64,000 nt of DNA from an uncultured cyanobacterium (lineage in GTDB: Bacteria > Cyanobacteriota > Cyanobacteriia > Cyanobacteriales > Nostocaceae): assembly GCA_963706595.1 (NCBI GenBank), contig OY970166.1, positions 928,001 through 992,000 on the forward strand. Reading direction: 5' to 3'. The position numbers and the translations under genes were made by a program. Under the pieces are notes generated by a model. It was given only the letters and a program-made list of their open reading frames with translations. It searched no databases and was not told the origin of the DNA. This document shows positions 10,037 to 20,261 of this stretch, in pieces; position 1 is the stretch's first letter; each line of letters starts with the position of its first letter.

Positions 10037-10147
10037 TAAGTAGCCCGTGCTGTTGGCTATGTAAATCAAAGCCGTTTTGCAGCAGCTTTTCGTAAGCAAT
10101 TTAATACTAATCCTAAATCCTATGATTTGTTACTGAGAGGAGTTTGA
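9971..10147 (+). pseudogene. internally deleted AraC-family regulator relic
   Basis: MAKIISLAEYQEL*RERNQNTK joined to VARAVGYVNQSRFAAAFRKQFNTNPKSY; matches the N- and C-termini of the gene at 42809-43783. Confidence 0.88.
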
Positions 10148-10204
10148 AAAGTAACTAATATATATAGTCATCCTATCTAATTTCTAAACACAAAATAAGC
10201 TTTT

Positions 10205-10245
10205 AGATACCCGACTTCTGGTAGAAGTCGGGTATCTTTGGGTTC
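10205..10245. repeat. palindromic dispersed repeat AGAT(A/C)CCCGACTTCT..AGAAGTCGGG(T/G)ATCT
   Basis: further copies at about 21296-21329 and 42732-42764, and a half copy at about 12471. Confidence 0.85.
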
Positions 10246-10278
10246 GTAGAATAAAAACTGGGATGCACCCCACAAGAT

Positions 10279-12381
10279 TTATCCTAAACCCAGCATCTGA
10301 GAAATCAACGGCAAAAGCTTACTACATTCTTCAACTAATTTAGTCGCACTGGGTAAATTAGCAACAGTCCCCTTCAAAATCTTCACAGCCGTTTTCGCCG
10401 CCTTTTGCATCGCCCCCTCTTGCGGACTTTTCCCCGCTTCCGCCAAAGTCTTCACCTGTTCCAACGCCTCAGCTTTATCTTCTTCAGGTAAATCTTTCTC
10501 AGTCTCAATTGCTGCTTGTAATTGCGCCAACAATTCCTTAACTCCTGGTTTATCAGGTTCAGGTGAACTTGGCAGCTCATTAATAGTATTTGTGACAGTA
10601 CCACTAATATCACCTAAATTCAAGGCTTGTCCACTAGCATTAAAATCACCGCCAATATTACCAATGGTAATATTACGGCTGGCATCATTACTGTTAGTCA
10701 TAGGTTTATTCTCAAATTTATTCTCAAATTGAAAATTCGTAGGTTTATTTGCCAACAAACTCACAATATCTTTCATATCTGCACTTTGTTGGCGATAGAT
10801 GACTATCTCATTATCTTTAGCCTGTAATTGTGCTTTATATTTTTCTTCTACGGCTTGCAGTGCAAATTGATAATTTTGTGTAAAATCACTATGAATCTTT
10901 TCTTTATCAGCACCGTCAGGGACACCGACCTTAACGACAACTACCCCATCACCTTTATTTTCAATACTTTGTAAGGCTAATTCTGTGTCTTCATTTTGGT
11001 GCTGCACATTTTGAAAAGCATTAACAAAAGCCTTCCAATCAATGCCATTACGGAAAATCAAATCAACCGTATTTAAAACCTCTTCAAATAGCTTGCTAAA
11101 TTCTCCTGGTTGAAAGTCGCCACTACTGGGACGGCGTTCGCGGTCATCGGTTTCAGGTTTGGGGTTTTCTAGAAGATAGACAAAGCGACAATCTACATTA
11201 TTTAATTGAGTTGTACTTTCAATGTTCCAGGCTTCTACACAAGCACCAGTCATTTGGGCGCTGGTGAAATTAGTACCCACAGCTTGAGCCAGAGTTAAAT
11301 TTGCCCGCTCTAAACAAGCTCCTTGGAAAGTAGCTTCCGTAATATTAGTATCTTTGAGATTAGCCTCTTTTAAGTCTGCTCCTATAAGGTTAGCGCCTTT
11401 GAGGTTAGCACCAAGATATGATTTATTTCTACCATTGCAGCTGACGAGTAAATTAAGAATATCTCGTTTAGCTAATATTGAATCTCCAACTCTGGCAAGG
11501 TCGAGTTTTTTGACTTCATAAAACCGAGTGCGTGTGAGGTTGGCTTTTCTAAAATCTGTATTTCTGAGAATTGCACCAGTAAAATCAGCATCAGTTAAAT
11601 CAGCATCACGAAAGCTAGTTCCACCTGTCGCAGCAAAAGCTACAGCAAATGAGCGAACCCAAGCGTCTTTTCCATTTCCAGTGAGACTACGCCAGCCAAC
11701 ATAAGCACTAAATAATGTAAACGCTACGGCTACGGCTACGGCTACGGCTACGGCTACGGCTACGGCTACGGCTACGGCTACGGCTACGGCTACGGCTACG
11801 GCTACGGCTACGGCTACGGCTACGGCTACGGCTCCGGCTCCGGCTACGGCTCCGGCTCCGGCTACGGCTACGGCTACGGCTACGGCTCCGGCTCCGGCTA
11901 CGGCTACGGCTACGGCTACGGCTCCGACTCCGGCTCCGACTCCGGCTCCGGCTACGGCTCCGGCTACGGCTCCGGCTACGGCTACGGCTACGGCTACGGC
12001 TACGGCTCCGGCTACGGCTACTAAACCTGCTGTTAAACCCTTACGAAGGGTAATAAAACAAAAAGCCAGCAGCATAATTAGGCAGACTATCCCAATGATG
12101 AAGTTTTCAGTCTCATTGGGGTCAAAAACATATGCTACTAATAAACCGAGGAAAATTGAGAAAAGCCCTGCAACTGCCGAGAGCAGCCATGAGACTATGA
12201 CTAAGCCAATTGTCCAACGTCGCTGTAGTCCGGCTTTAGCACCTGTAAAATCAGCACCTTTAAGAGTCGCGTTGGTAAAATCTACCCCGCGAATATCCGC
12301 CTTGCTAAAGTTGGCTCCAGTCAGGTTTTGACCTTTAAAAGAGCGACCACGGAGTGTTTGACCGGCGTAGTCTGGCGGCAT
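10279..12381 (-). CDS. pentapeptide-repeat membrane protein with a (Val-Ala/Gly-Ala)n tract and C-terminal helical domains
   Basis: A(D/N)(L/F)xx pentapeptide runs on both sides of the TM region; LIFRNGIDW..IENKGDG region; 700 aa, intact. Confidence 0.85.
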   Translation of the reverse strand: MPPDYAGQTLRGRSFKGQNLTGANFSKADIRGVDFTNATLKGADFTGAKAGLQRRWTIGLVIVSWLLSAVAGLFSIFLGLLVAYVFDPNETENFIIGIVCLIMLLAFCFITLRKGLTAGLVAVAGAVAVAVAVAVAGAVAGAVAGAGVGAGVGAVAVAVAVAGAGAVAVAVAVAGAGAVAGAGAVAVAVAVAVAVAVAVAVAVAVAVAVAVAVAVAVAVAFTLFSAYVGWRSLTGNGKDAWVRSFAVAFAATGGTSFRDADLTDADFTGAILRNTDFRKANLTRTRFYEVKKLDLARVGDSILAKRDILNLLVSCNGRNKSYLGANLKGANLIGADLKEANLKDTNITEATFQGACLERANLTLAQAVGTNFTSAQMTGACVEAWNIESTTQLNNVDCRFVYLLENPKPETDDRERRPSSGDFQPGEFSKLFEEVLNTVDLIFRNGIDWKAFVNAFQNVQHQNEDTELALQSIENKGDGVVVVKVGVPDGADKEKIHSDFTQNYQFALQAVEEKYKAQLQAKDNEIVIYRQQSADMKDIVSLLANKPTNFQFENKFENKPMTNSNDASRNITIGNIGGDFNASGQALNLGDISGTVTNTINELPSSPEPDKPGVKELLAQLQAAIETEKDLPEEDKAEALEQVKTLAEAGKSPQEGAMQKAAKTAVKILKGTVANLPSATKLVEECSKLLPLISQMLGLG
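11723..12022 (+). repeat. coding hexanucleotide microsatellite (GCTACG/GCTCCG/ACTCCG), about 50 units
   Basis: 18 perfect GCTACG units at 11723-11830, then mixed units. Confidence 0.95.
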
Positions 12382-12686
12382 AATCGCGTCAGTATGAGGT
12401 TATTACTGAGATTATATACAACTTTGCTCTGTAATATTCCAGATTTTGTGCATATTTGCTGAAATCAACCAGATCCCCGACTTCTTTAAGTTAATCCAAA
12501 ATCATCCAAAAATATCTTGTGGTGCGGGCATCTTGCCCGCTACCCTACGGAAAAACCGGGTTATTGGACATAAAAACCCAGTTTTTTAACGTTTTATTCA
12601 ATTTGGAATTGATGTTTGAGGATTATTAAAGAGAACCCTTTTACACAAAATATTCTATTTCTCTTTCTAATTCTGTGGTATCTATT

Positions 12687-13124
12687 TCATGGTTTCGGCG
12701 TTTCATTTGAAGATACACTAGCTAAAAATTGACTAGGTGTAACAATCAAGATATCTCTAAAAGGATGCAGTTCTAATAAGTCTTTGTCTCCTGTGATAAT
12801 ATGAGTGGCATTTCCAGAAATGGCTAATTCTAAAAACTTATTATCTTTAGGATCTCGACAAATATCAATTGTTTCGTTAATTGTTATTAATTCCGTCTCT
12901 CTGGCTAAACTGGCTAAAAAGTCTTCCCGAATTTCTCTCGATAGATAGCGGTCAAATTTTTGACGACTGAGTACATCAATTAATTCTGATAAAATTTCCG
13001 CAGAAATTAATATTAATCCGTTTTGTTTTGCTTCTCTAAAAGCTTGCATTGTGGTAGATTTAGAGAATATTAACGCACTTACAATTACATTTGTATCAAT
13101 TACGATACGGTTATTTTTCATCAT
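12687..13124 (-). CDS. PIN-domain toxin (VapC-like)
   Basis: IVIDTNVIVSAL, CRDPKDNKFLELA, IITGDKDLL. Confidence 0.92.
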   Translation of the reverse strand: MMKNNRIVIDTNVIVSALIFSKSTTMQAFREAKQNGLILISAEILSELIDVLSRQKFDRYLSREIREDFLASLARETELITINETIDICRDPKDNKFLELAISGNATHIITGDKDLLELHPFRDILIVTPSQFLASVSSNETPKP

Positions 13125-13332
13125 TGAGAATTGATTCTAAAATCTCTGGAGTCATTCCGTTAGAAATTGCTTGTTGACTCGCTTCTTCCATGATATCTAA
13201 GAGGGGTTTTTGACTAACTGCTTTTTTCAGCATTATGTTAATAAACATTTGGATTTGTTGCTGTTTTTCTGGTGCTGCTTCTCGGTACACTTTAGCAATT
13301 TCAGAGTCAACTTTAATGGTAATATTTTCCAT
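13111..13332 (-). CDS. putative antitoxin paired with the PIN toxin
   Basis: 73 aa, overlaps the toxin start, ends GMTPEILESIL. Confidence 0.8.
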   Translation of the reverse strand: MENITIKVDSEIAKVYREAAPEKQQQIQMFINIMLKKAVSQKPLLDIMEEASQQAISNGMTPEILESILNDEK

Positions 13333-13379
13333 GATAAATTAAATGTTAATTAATCTATTTCTATTATAGCAATTGAAAG

Positions 13380-13457
13380 TTATTTATGTTTTACACTCTC
13401 CTCAATTATTCTAATTTCTTCTTCTATTAACCCATACAATTGATACACTATAAGACT
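13380..13457 (-). pseudogene. C-terminal relic of a type IIG/Eco57I-like restriction-modification protein
   Basis: translates as LIVYQLYGLIEEEIRIIEESVKHK*, resembling the VYxLYGLTEEEI tail of such enzymes. Confidence 0.6.
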
Positions 13458-13493
13458 ACTATTTGATTATGGAAAAAATCTAAGTATATGTAG

Positions 13494-13596
13494 TGGCGTG
13501 ACAAGGCTAAAATGTTGCAATAGATTTTTGAGAAAATTGAGATAAATCAATGTTTTCTGCTTTTGCCTAATGCACTACTTTAAGCTTGCCACGCCA
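13494..13596. mobile_element. MITE family A, copy 2
   Basis: TGGCGTGACAAG...CTTGCCACGCCA flanked by GTAG at 13490-13493 and 13597-13600; abuts a GTAG REP hairpin. Confidence 0.85.
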
Positions 13597-13704
13597 GTAG
13601 GGTGTGTTATGGCTTTAGCCTAACGCACCGTCTTCTGGGTCTTGGTCCCGTACTCTGCTGGATAACACACCCTACCTGTGTTTCATAAATCAAAATTCAT
13701 CCCA

Positions 13705-14772
13705 TTATGATTTGATTTCTCGCTGGTTCTCTAGCCACTGTAAAGTCCGATTCCAAGCCCACCAGATGTCAGGGTCTTCGGCTTGACGCTGACCTGCTTT
13801 GCTACTTAAATAACCTACATGACCACCATGAGGGGTCAGCCACAAATCTAGGGACCGATTACTAGCACAAGCAGCTTGTAACTCAGGGATGATTTCTGGG
13901 TGAAATAAGGGGTCATCGGCAGCATATAAAATTAAGGTGGGTTTGGAAATCTGCGGCAATAATTGTAAAGCACTGCTGGCTTGATAATATGCTTCTACCG
14001 AGTCAAAACCCAATCTGCTAATTACCAGCTCGTGGTCAAAAGCCCAGATACTATTGGCTCGTTCAATGGCGGCTGGGTCAATTGTGCCAGGATGAAAATC
14101 ATGTATTTGCCATGCCAGTTTTTTTAAGTTACGGGCGATCGCCTTTTCTAAGTATTTTCCTATAGGTTGCTGTACTAAATAGTCGAGCGATCGCCATGAA
14201 TCCAAACTGGGACAAATCACCGCCCCACCACCAATATCACTATCTCGTAAGCCTAAAAATTCATTACCTTGAATCAGGTCAGTAGCAGTTTTTATGCCCC
14301 ATAATGCCAATTGTCCCCCCAAGGAAAACCCTGTAAACCAAAACTTACTAGGGCATCCCATCGCAGCTGCTCCGGCCGCAATGCGAACAAAATCTTCCCC
14401 CTCATACAAACCATCAGAGGTCAAAGTCGGAGACAACTCGGCGGTTTTACCGTGGGCGCGCCAATCAAATAACACTACCGCGTATCCTAAAGCATAAGCT
14501 TTACGCCCTAAAAGTTTCAAAAACCATTGTTGATCTAGACTACCTGTAATCCCATAAGTAGCAATAATAGTACTATGAGCGTTTTTTGGTATCGCCACCC
14601 AAGTAAAAATCGGCACACCCTGCCCACCAATCAATACAGTTGTTTGATATGGCGGCTCTGAAAGTGCAGTAGTTTGTTCCCAATAACGCTCTCCCCACAA
14701 AGCAGTGTAAACAGTCATTGCCACACCATTTTTGAGAAACCGGGGCGGATTGTAGGCAGAATAACACAACAT
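13705..14772 (-). CDS. alpha/beta hydrolase (YheT-like)
   Basis: FDWRAHG, nucleophile GFSLGG, AADDP, HGGHVGY. Confidence 0.88.
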   Translation of the reverse strand: MLCYSAYNPPRFLKNGVAMTVYTALWGERYWEQTTALSEPPYQTTVLIGGQGVPIFTWVAIPKNAHSTIIATYGITGSLDQQWFLKLLGRKAYALGYAVVLFDWRAHGKTAELSPTLTSDGLYEGEDFVRIAAGAAAMGCPSKFWFTGFSLGGQLALWGIKTATDLIQGNEFLGLRDSDIGGGAVICPSLDSWRSLDYLVQQPIGKYLEKAIARNLKKLAWQIHDFHPGTIDPAAIERANSIWAFDHELVISRLGFDSVEAYYQASSALQLLPQISKPTLILYAADDPLFHPEIIPELQAACASNRSLDLWLTPHGGHVGYLSSKAGQRQAEDPDIWWAWNRTLQWLENQREIKS

Positions 14773-14927
14773 ATCTGGAATTTAGAGTACCTTAGTTCTG
14801 ATTCCACCATCCTTTAGTTTTAAACTTTATGCTAGATTTGAATGTTTTTTATAATCAAGATAAAAATCTTTGTATCTATCAAAGGTTCTTATTTATCCTT
14901 AATTAAGTAGTAATAATTTTTTAAATA

Positions 14928-15671
14928 ATGCCCAGGATTCTTGTTATAGACGATGACGCGGCAATTTCAGAACTCGTTGCCGTCAACTTGGAAATGGCTG
15001 GCTACGATGTCAGCCAAGCTGAAGATGGCATTAAAGGTCAGGCGCTGGCGCTTCAGCTACAACCTGACTTGATTATGCTTGACCTGATGTTGCCCAGAGT
15101 AGACGGATTTACAGTTTGCCAACGCCTACGGCGAGATGACCGCACAGCCGAGATTCCCGTGTTGATGCTCACCGCTTTAAGCCAAACTCAGAATAAAGTC
15201 GAAGGCTTCAATGCTGGCGCTGATGATTACCTCACCAAGCCCTTTGAAGTTGAAGAACTGTTAGCACGGGTGCGGGCGTTATTGCGGCGGACTGACCGCA
15301 TTCCCCAAGCCGCAAAACACAGCGAAATTCTCAACTATGGGAATTTGACCTTGGTTCCAGAAAGATTTGAGGCAATATGGTTCAATGAAACGGTAAAATT
15401 GACTCACCTGGAATTTGAGCTACTCCACTGTTTACTGCAACGCCACGGTCAGACAGTTTCCCCCAGCGAAATTCTGCGGGAAGTTTGGGGCTATGATCCA
15501 GATGATGACATTGAAACCATTCGAGTGCATATCCGCCACTTGAGAACGAAACTAGAACCAGACCCCCGTCACCCCCGCTATATCAAAACAGTGTATGGTG
15601 CGGGATATTGTCTAGAATTGCCTAGCTTGCCTCAATCTCATGAGGGGGCTTCTGCATCAGTTTTGGAGTAA
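14928..15671 (+). CDS. rpaA: OmpR-family response regulator RpaA
   Basis: receiver and winged-helix domains; [14 protein letters not shown] and [42 protein letters not shown] are characteristic of RpaA. Confidence 0.9.
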   Translation: MPRILVIDDDAAISELVAVNLEMAGYDVSQAEDGIKGQALALQLQPDLIMLDLMLPRVDGFTVCQRLRRDDRTAEIPVLMLTALSQTQNKVEGFNAGADDYLTKPFEVEELLARVRALLRRTDRIPQAAKHSEILNYGNLTLVPERFEAIWFNETVKLTHLEFELLHCLLQRHGQTVSPSEILREVWGYDPDDDIETIRVHIRHLRTKLEPDPRHPRYIKTVYGAGYCLELPSLPQSHEGASASVLE

Positions 15672-15940
15672 AATTTCTCCAAAATTTCAGACATCAGTCA
15701 GGTCATCTAGCCTTTTTTAGGAAAAACTGTCCTCAGTTCGTTTAAGCATCTGTACTTGGATTCGCCACGTACACTAGGGTGAGGCCTCTACTCTACGAGC
15801 AGCCACCCTCCAGAGTACAGTACGTTAAAAGTCACTATGTTGCTAAGAAAATTCGCAAGGAGGAGCCAGCGTTGCATCAGCCTTTTCCACTCTCAGGAAT
15901 GGGGCTGGTGTTCCTCCAGGCGAACTTCTGAATGGCTATC

Positions 15941-16893
15941 TCAACTCAGATGCTTCAAAAGTTCTATCAGTGTGCATTCCCAAACTAGGCGCGGTTGGGC
16001 GTAACACAGTAAGGATTTGCGAGCTTGTTCTAGCTTTTTAATAATTTCTGGTTGATGCCACTGTTGCCAGTAGGATTGTTGGAGATAATCGACTAACCAC
16101 AGTTGTGCTTCTGTATCTAAGTCTTGAGCAATTATCTTGGCTAAGGCTAAAGCATGGCGGTGAGATGAAGGCACTTTCGTGACATCTTGGAGTAAAGTAT
16201 CGGGAATTATTTGTAATTGCTCATAAGATGCGATCGCACTGCCTGGGCTACCAGCCGCTATACTCAATACTGCCGAATGCTGCAAAATTTCCTCATGCCC
16301 TGTTTGGGTGAGTACCTGAGTTAAAGACTGGGTATCTAAGCGATAAAAAGGAATGCGTTGACAGCGTGACACCAAGGTAGGCAAAACCGACTCAGGAGAT
16401 GGTGCAATTAAAATCAGCGTCGCTTGTCCTGGTTCTTCCAAAGTTTTCAGCAAAGCATTAGCTGCTGATTCTGCCATTGTTTGGGCTGACTCCAGCACTA
16501 CCATATTTCTTGGTGCTTCCAGGGGGGACGGCCGAGAAACTCTGTAATTTCCCGAATCTGCTCTAGCCTAATTACAGGTGGTGCTTTGCGCTTGAGTTTT
16601 TTCTCGGCTGCTTCTGCCACTGTGAGGCGTTTTCCCTCATGTTGGTACGTCGGCTGTACCCACCACAAATCTGGATGATTGCCTTGACGCAAACGATTCT
16701 GTAAACCAGCGACATGACGCGTCTGTGCAGAAAATAGCAATTCTACAAAACACCGGGCTGCGAGAGTTTTACCCACACCATCTATCCCTACAAATAGATA
16801 GGCGGGGGCTACCCGGTTTTGTTTAACAGCCTGAGTGAGTAATTCTTTGGCTTGTTGCTGCCCTAAAAGTGGCGCAAATGAATCAATAGTCAT
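15941..16893 (-). CDS. holB: DNA polymerase III subunit delta', split by a 1-bp frameshift
   Basis: APAYLFVG..GVGK, NHPDL, AANALLKTLEEP, LPTLVSRCQ; one extra G in the G6 run at 16522-16527 fuses the two ORFs (RPPLEAPRNMVVLESA). Confidence 0.9.
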
Positions 16894-17905
16894 TAGTCAA
16901 TTGTAGATTGACTTGTGAGTTTTATTACTAACCAACTTGTACGATTTTCTCCGGCGCTACGCTTCACCTCGGTAATTACGAACTGCCGACCTGTAGTGTG
17001 TCTGAGCCTCTACAGTAACTTGCAAATTGTTTTGGTTATTTCATCTGCTTTTTACACTTAAATTCAGTATTTTCCACTTGCCTACATTTAACCAAAGTAT
17101 ATGTAAAAAATCAGCGACCAGAAAATAATTATGCGGAGATTAATTGTGAAATAAGGCTGATGACATGATCATTGTCCGCACGGTTGTTTGCCCAGCTTCA
17201 GTACAGATATGTCGGTTTAAAAAAGCAATTATCTCTACTGAATTATCTTTTAAAGATTTGTATGTTTTTGGACTGATTCGTGTTACTTAATTCAGTATTG
17301 TCAGGAAATATTCATACTTCTGACAATAGTCACTTATACAAATTTTTCTAGAAAAGACATAATTGATAACCTATATTGAAATATTTTTTAATACTCTAAT
17401 TTGCTTGTTGTATTTCAATAATTCAGCATAAATCTGAGGCTTAATGCCTACTAATGAAGGATAAAGCGTATTTCTTAGAACAGACAACACAGTAAGAAAT
17501 GAGACAAATAATTGTGCAAACTATGAGTATTTAAAACATTTATAGGATTAGCAAATGCTATTTATTGTCTCGACACTTTTGCACGAGCTTTTGCGCCAAT
17601 AAATGTTCAATATTTTGATCATTATTTTTTAATTGAATTGAATAAATACAAAAAGTAACCGGATATTTTTGCTGTCTTCATGATTTCTTTAGGTGTAAAT
17701 ACAGAATTTAATTGTTGATAGATGCGGTCAAAAGCCTTCTGAAATGATGTTTTGGATTTTCAGTTCAGAGATGAACAGATTTGTTTGACTTTGATCTTTC
17801 TGTAAAGTAGCTGAAAAAAGCTTCTCAAACCTTAAAAACAACTCTTACCATCAGCAGCGTAGACAACAAAAACCACAAAGTTCATTTCTCAGAGGAACTC
17901 ATAAA

Positions 17906-18551
17906 ATGGCTAACGTAAATCTATTGACAAAGTTATCACTAGCTACAGCCGGAGCAGCAGTAGTTGCACTATCAGTATCAGGAACTGCTCAAGCTGCTTC
18001 TGGATTTGCAGGAAGCTATGCTCCAAGTGAATGGACTGTAGAGAATTTCACTGATTTGTCTTTCGGAGGAGTAGTTGAAGGATCTGTAGATACAAGTGGC
18101 GCTCCCGGATCAATTACTATCATAGGTAGTAATGGGGGTGTATCTGATATCGCAATTGGTCGAACTCTTTACAGCACAATTGCAGACTGCTAGTGGTGAC
18201 GTTATGTTTGATTGGAGCTATATTACTACTGATACTTTGGGTCCGCTCTTCGATCCTTTAGTCTACACTGTCAATGGTACGCCTACACAACTAACTAATA
18301 TCTTTAATACTGCACAAAGTGGTCTTGCTACTTTTGCAGTTAACGCCGGAGATACATTTGGCTTTGGAATTAATACTTTGGGCAACACATTCGGTGGTGC
18401 GACTGCTGTGATTTCAAACTTCCACGCTCCCGAACCTGTTGTACCCACACCTGTATCCGAACCTGCTTCTCTAGTTGGGATCTTAGGCTTAGGTGCTTTT
18501 GGTATCACCTCTCTTCGTAAGCGCAAACAACAAGGGACAGTTAAAGCCTAA
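17906..18551 (+). pseudogene. PEP-CTERM sorting-domain protein, frameshifted near 18185
   Basis: signal peptide ending AQA in the first ORF; VSEPASLVGILGLGAFG..LRKRK tail in the second ORF; removing one base joins them. Confidence 0.75.
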
Positions 18552-18638
18552 ATTGACGACTTTGGACGAAAACTGCGACATCTCCCGTGCTGCTAGTTGG
18601 GAGAGTCAGCAACGATACTCTGATTTTAATCTAGATTA

Positions 18639-18689
18639 AATGAACTCTTGCCGTGTCAGACCTAAGCTGGCATGGCAATTTTGATTTTT
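18639..18689 (+). terminator. probable intrinsic terminator after the PEP-CTERM gene
   Basis: ttgccgtgtcag...ctggcatggcaa hairpin followed by T-rich tract. Confidence 0.45.
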
Positions 18690-18878
18690 AGTGTTACAGA
18701 ACATAGCCGAAAAATGTTGGTTAGAAATGGAAAATGTGGGTGTTGCTGTAACCAACTATGAATTTAAATGTAGAGATGTTCCATGGAACGTCTCTACATT
18801 GTGGTGTAAGCATTTAGGGCGGTTTTAAATCCCCCACGATAAATTTCGATAACTGATAACTGATAACTGTTCACTGAT

Positions 18879-20054
18879 TTAAGCGATGCTGCCGCGTTTT
18901 TTGGCTTCTTTGTAAGAAGTTCCCACATTTCTCAAACCTGCTTTAATCATTTGTCTTTCTAACAGGGCGAAGAAACGAGTTCTATCCCCACCTCTTACCA
19001 CAGCTTGATTATGGGCTTCGGCGATCGCAATTGGGTAGCCATAGCCTTTATGCACTTGTGCCAGCATTAATCCCAATGCTTGGTTCAACATGGCGGTATT
19101 TTCAGCTACCCATGCAGGTACTTCGATTCGCGCAATTTCACTACCTACGTGGACATGGCAAAAGTAAACTATTTGCTGTTCATAGAGTTCTAAAATCCGG
19201 TTATTACTACGCCACAGTGGTCCCCGTTGTCCTGGTTGCAGTTTGGTTCCCCACAGGGTAGTATCTCGCAAAGTGTCAAAAAGTTTACAAGGTACTTTTT
19301 CGAGTTGGTCGGGACAATAACTTTTACAATCGGGGACGGCATGGGGACAAGCTAACAACCGTAGGAAGTTGGTACAATCAATGTTGCGAGAGGCGCTGAG
19401 ATATCCCATGATCGGAATTTGAGCCTGATGCAACTGTTGCCAAGCTTCCAGAATGGGGGGTAAGATGCGATCGCGTGCATCCATTGGTAATTGTTCTAAA
19501 AACCAGTAAATTAAGGAACCATCAACCATTGCTAAAGCTGGTGCTTCCCCTTTCGACGCACAAGCCAATTCTGCCAAAACTGTAGTTTCAGAAGCAGTGC
19601 GGCGATAACCCATCCATTCTTCGGTTTTAATTCCCCATTGCCGAGATATATATAAATCTTCTGGGCGATAAAATACCTCTGGGATACTATCCAGTAATGG
19701 TTGGCGATTTTGTCCGTAGTGTAAAACGACTCTGCCAATATTCAACAGATAGCAATAAGCAATTTCATGATGGTTGGGCGCAATTTGGGAACCGTCGGTA
19801 GAGATGACTGTATGCACTTTCGGCGGGACGGGAATATCAATGCAGGTTTCTAGTGGCTCAATGGGTGTAGCATTAGCAAAGATAATGCGATCGCGCCATT
19901 TTTCCTGACGATCAATTAAATCTTCTTGGCACTCATAAGCTTTTTGGAGATATTGTTGCGCTAATTCTAATCGCTGGCGACTGGCGGTAGCTTCTAAAGT
20001 CAGATGGTCACTTAAACCCTGCATTTGTCGCGCCAATTTTGTTAAATCAAGCAT
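18879..20054 (-). CDS. nurA: NurA-family nuclease
   Basis: STDGSQ, MVDGSL, GYGYPIAIAEAHNQAVV; likely start MLDLTKL at 20054. Confidence 0.85.
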   Translation of the reverse strand: MLDLTKLARQMQGLSDHLTLEATASRQRLELAQQYLQKAYECQEDLIDRQEKWRDRIIFANATPIEPLETCIDIPVPPKVHTVISTDGSQIAPNHHEIAYCYLLNIGRVVLHYGQNRQPLLDSIPEVFYRPEDLYISRQWGIKTEEWMGYRRTASETTVLAELACASKGEAPALAMVDGSLIYWFLEQLPMDARDRILPPILEAWQQLHQAQIPIMGYLSASRNIDCTNFLRLLACPHAVPDCKSYCPDQLEKVPCKLFDTLRDTTLWGTKLQPGQRGPLWRSNNRILELYEQQIVYFCHVHVGSEIARIEVPAWVAENTAMLNQALGLMLAQVHKGYGYPIAIAEAHNQAVVRGGDRTRFFALLERQMIKAGLRNVGTSYKEAKKRGSIA

Positions 20055-20261
20055 AATTAAATCTCTGAGTTTTTTGGTGATTTTTGGTATATGGGATTTG
20101 CAAATAATAAAATGTGATATGAAGGTAATTAACCGCCGATTAACGCCGATGCAGATCATGGATGGTGGGTTAGGCTGTCGCTTTAGCGCAGCCATGCCCC
20201 TTGGGCTATACCCACCCTACGTTTTGTGTGAGAGATGTCTAATATGTTGCAGTGGGTGAAA

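Noticed and set aside
9727..10147. Template/variable repeat pair of a diversity-generating retroelement (with 42812-44027, or mntC with 44265-44559)
   Set aside because: The differences are not adenine-specific and there is no reverse transcriptase in the window.
18879..20054. NurA without HerA as a novel defence gene
   Set aside because: It contains HIP1 sites and has housekeeping-like context; an unlinked herA elsewhere in the genome is the simpler explanation.
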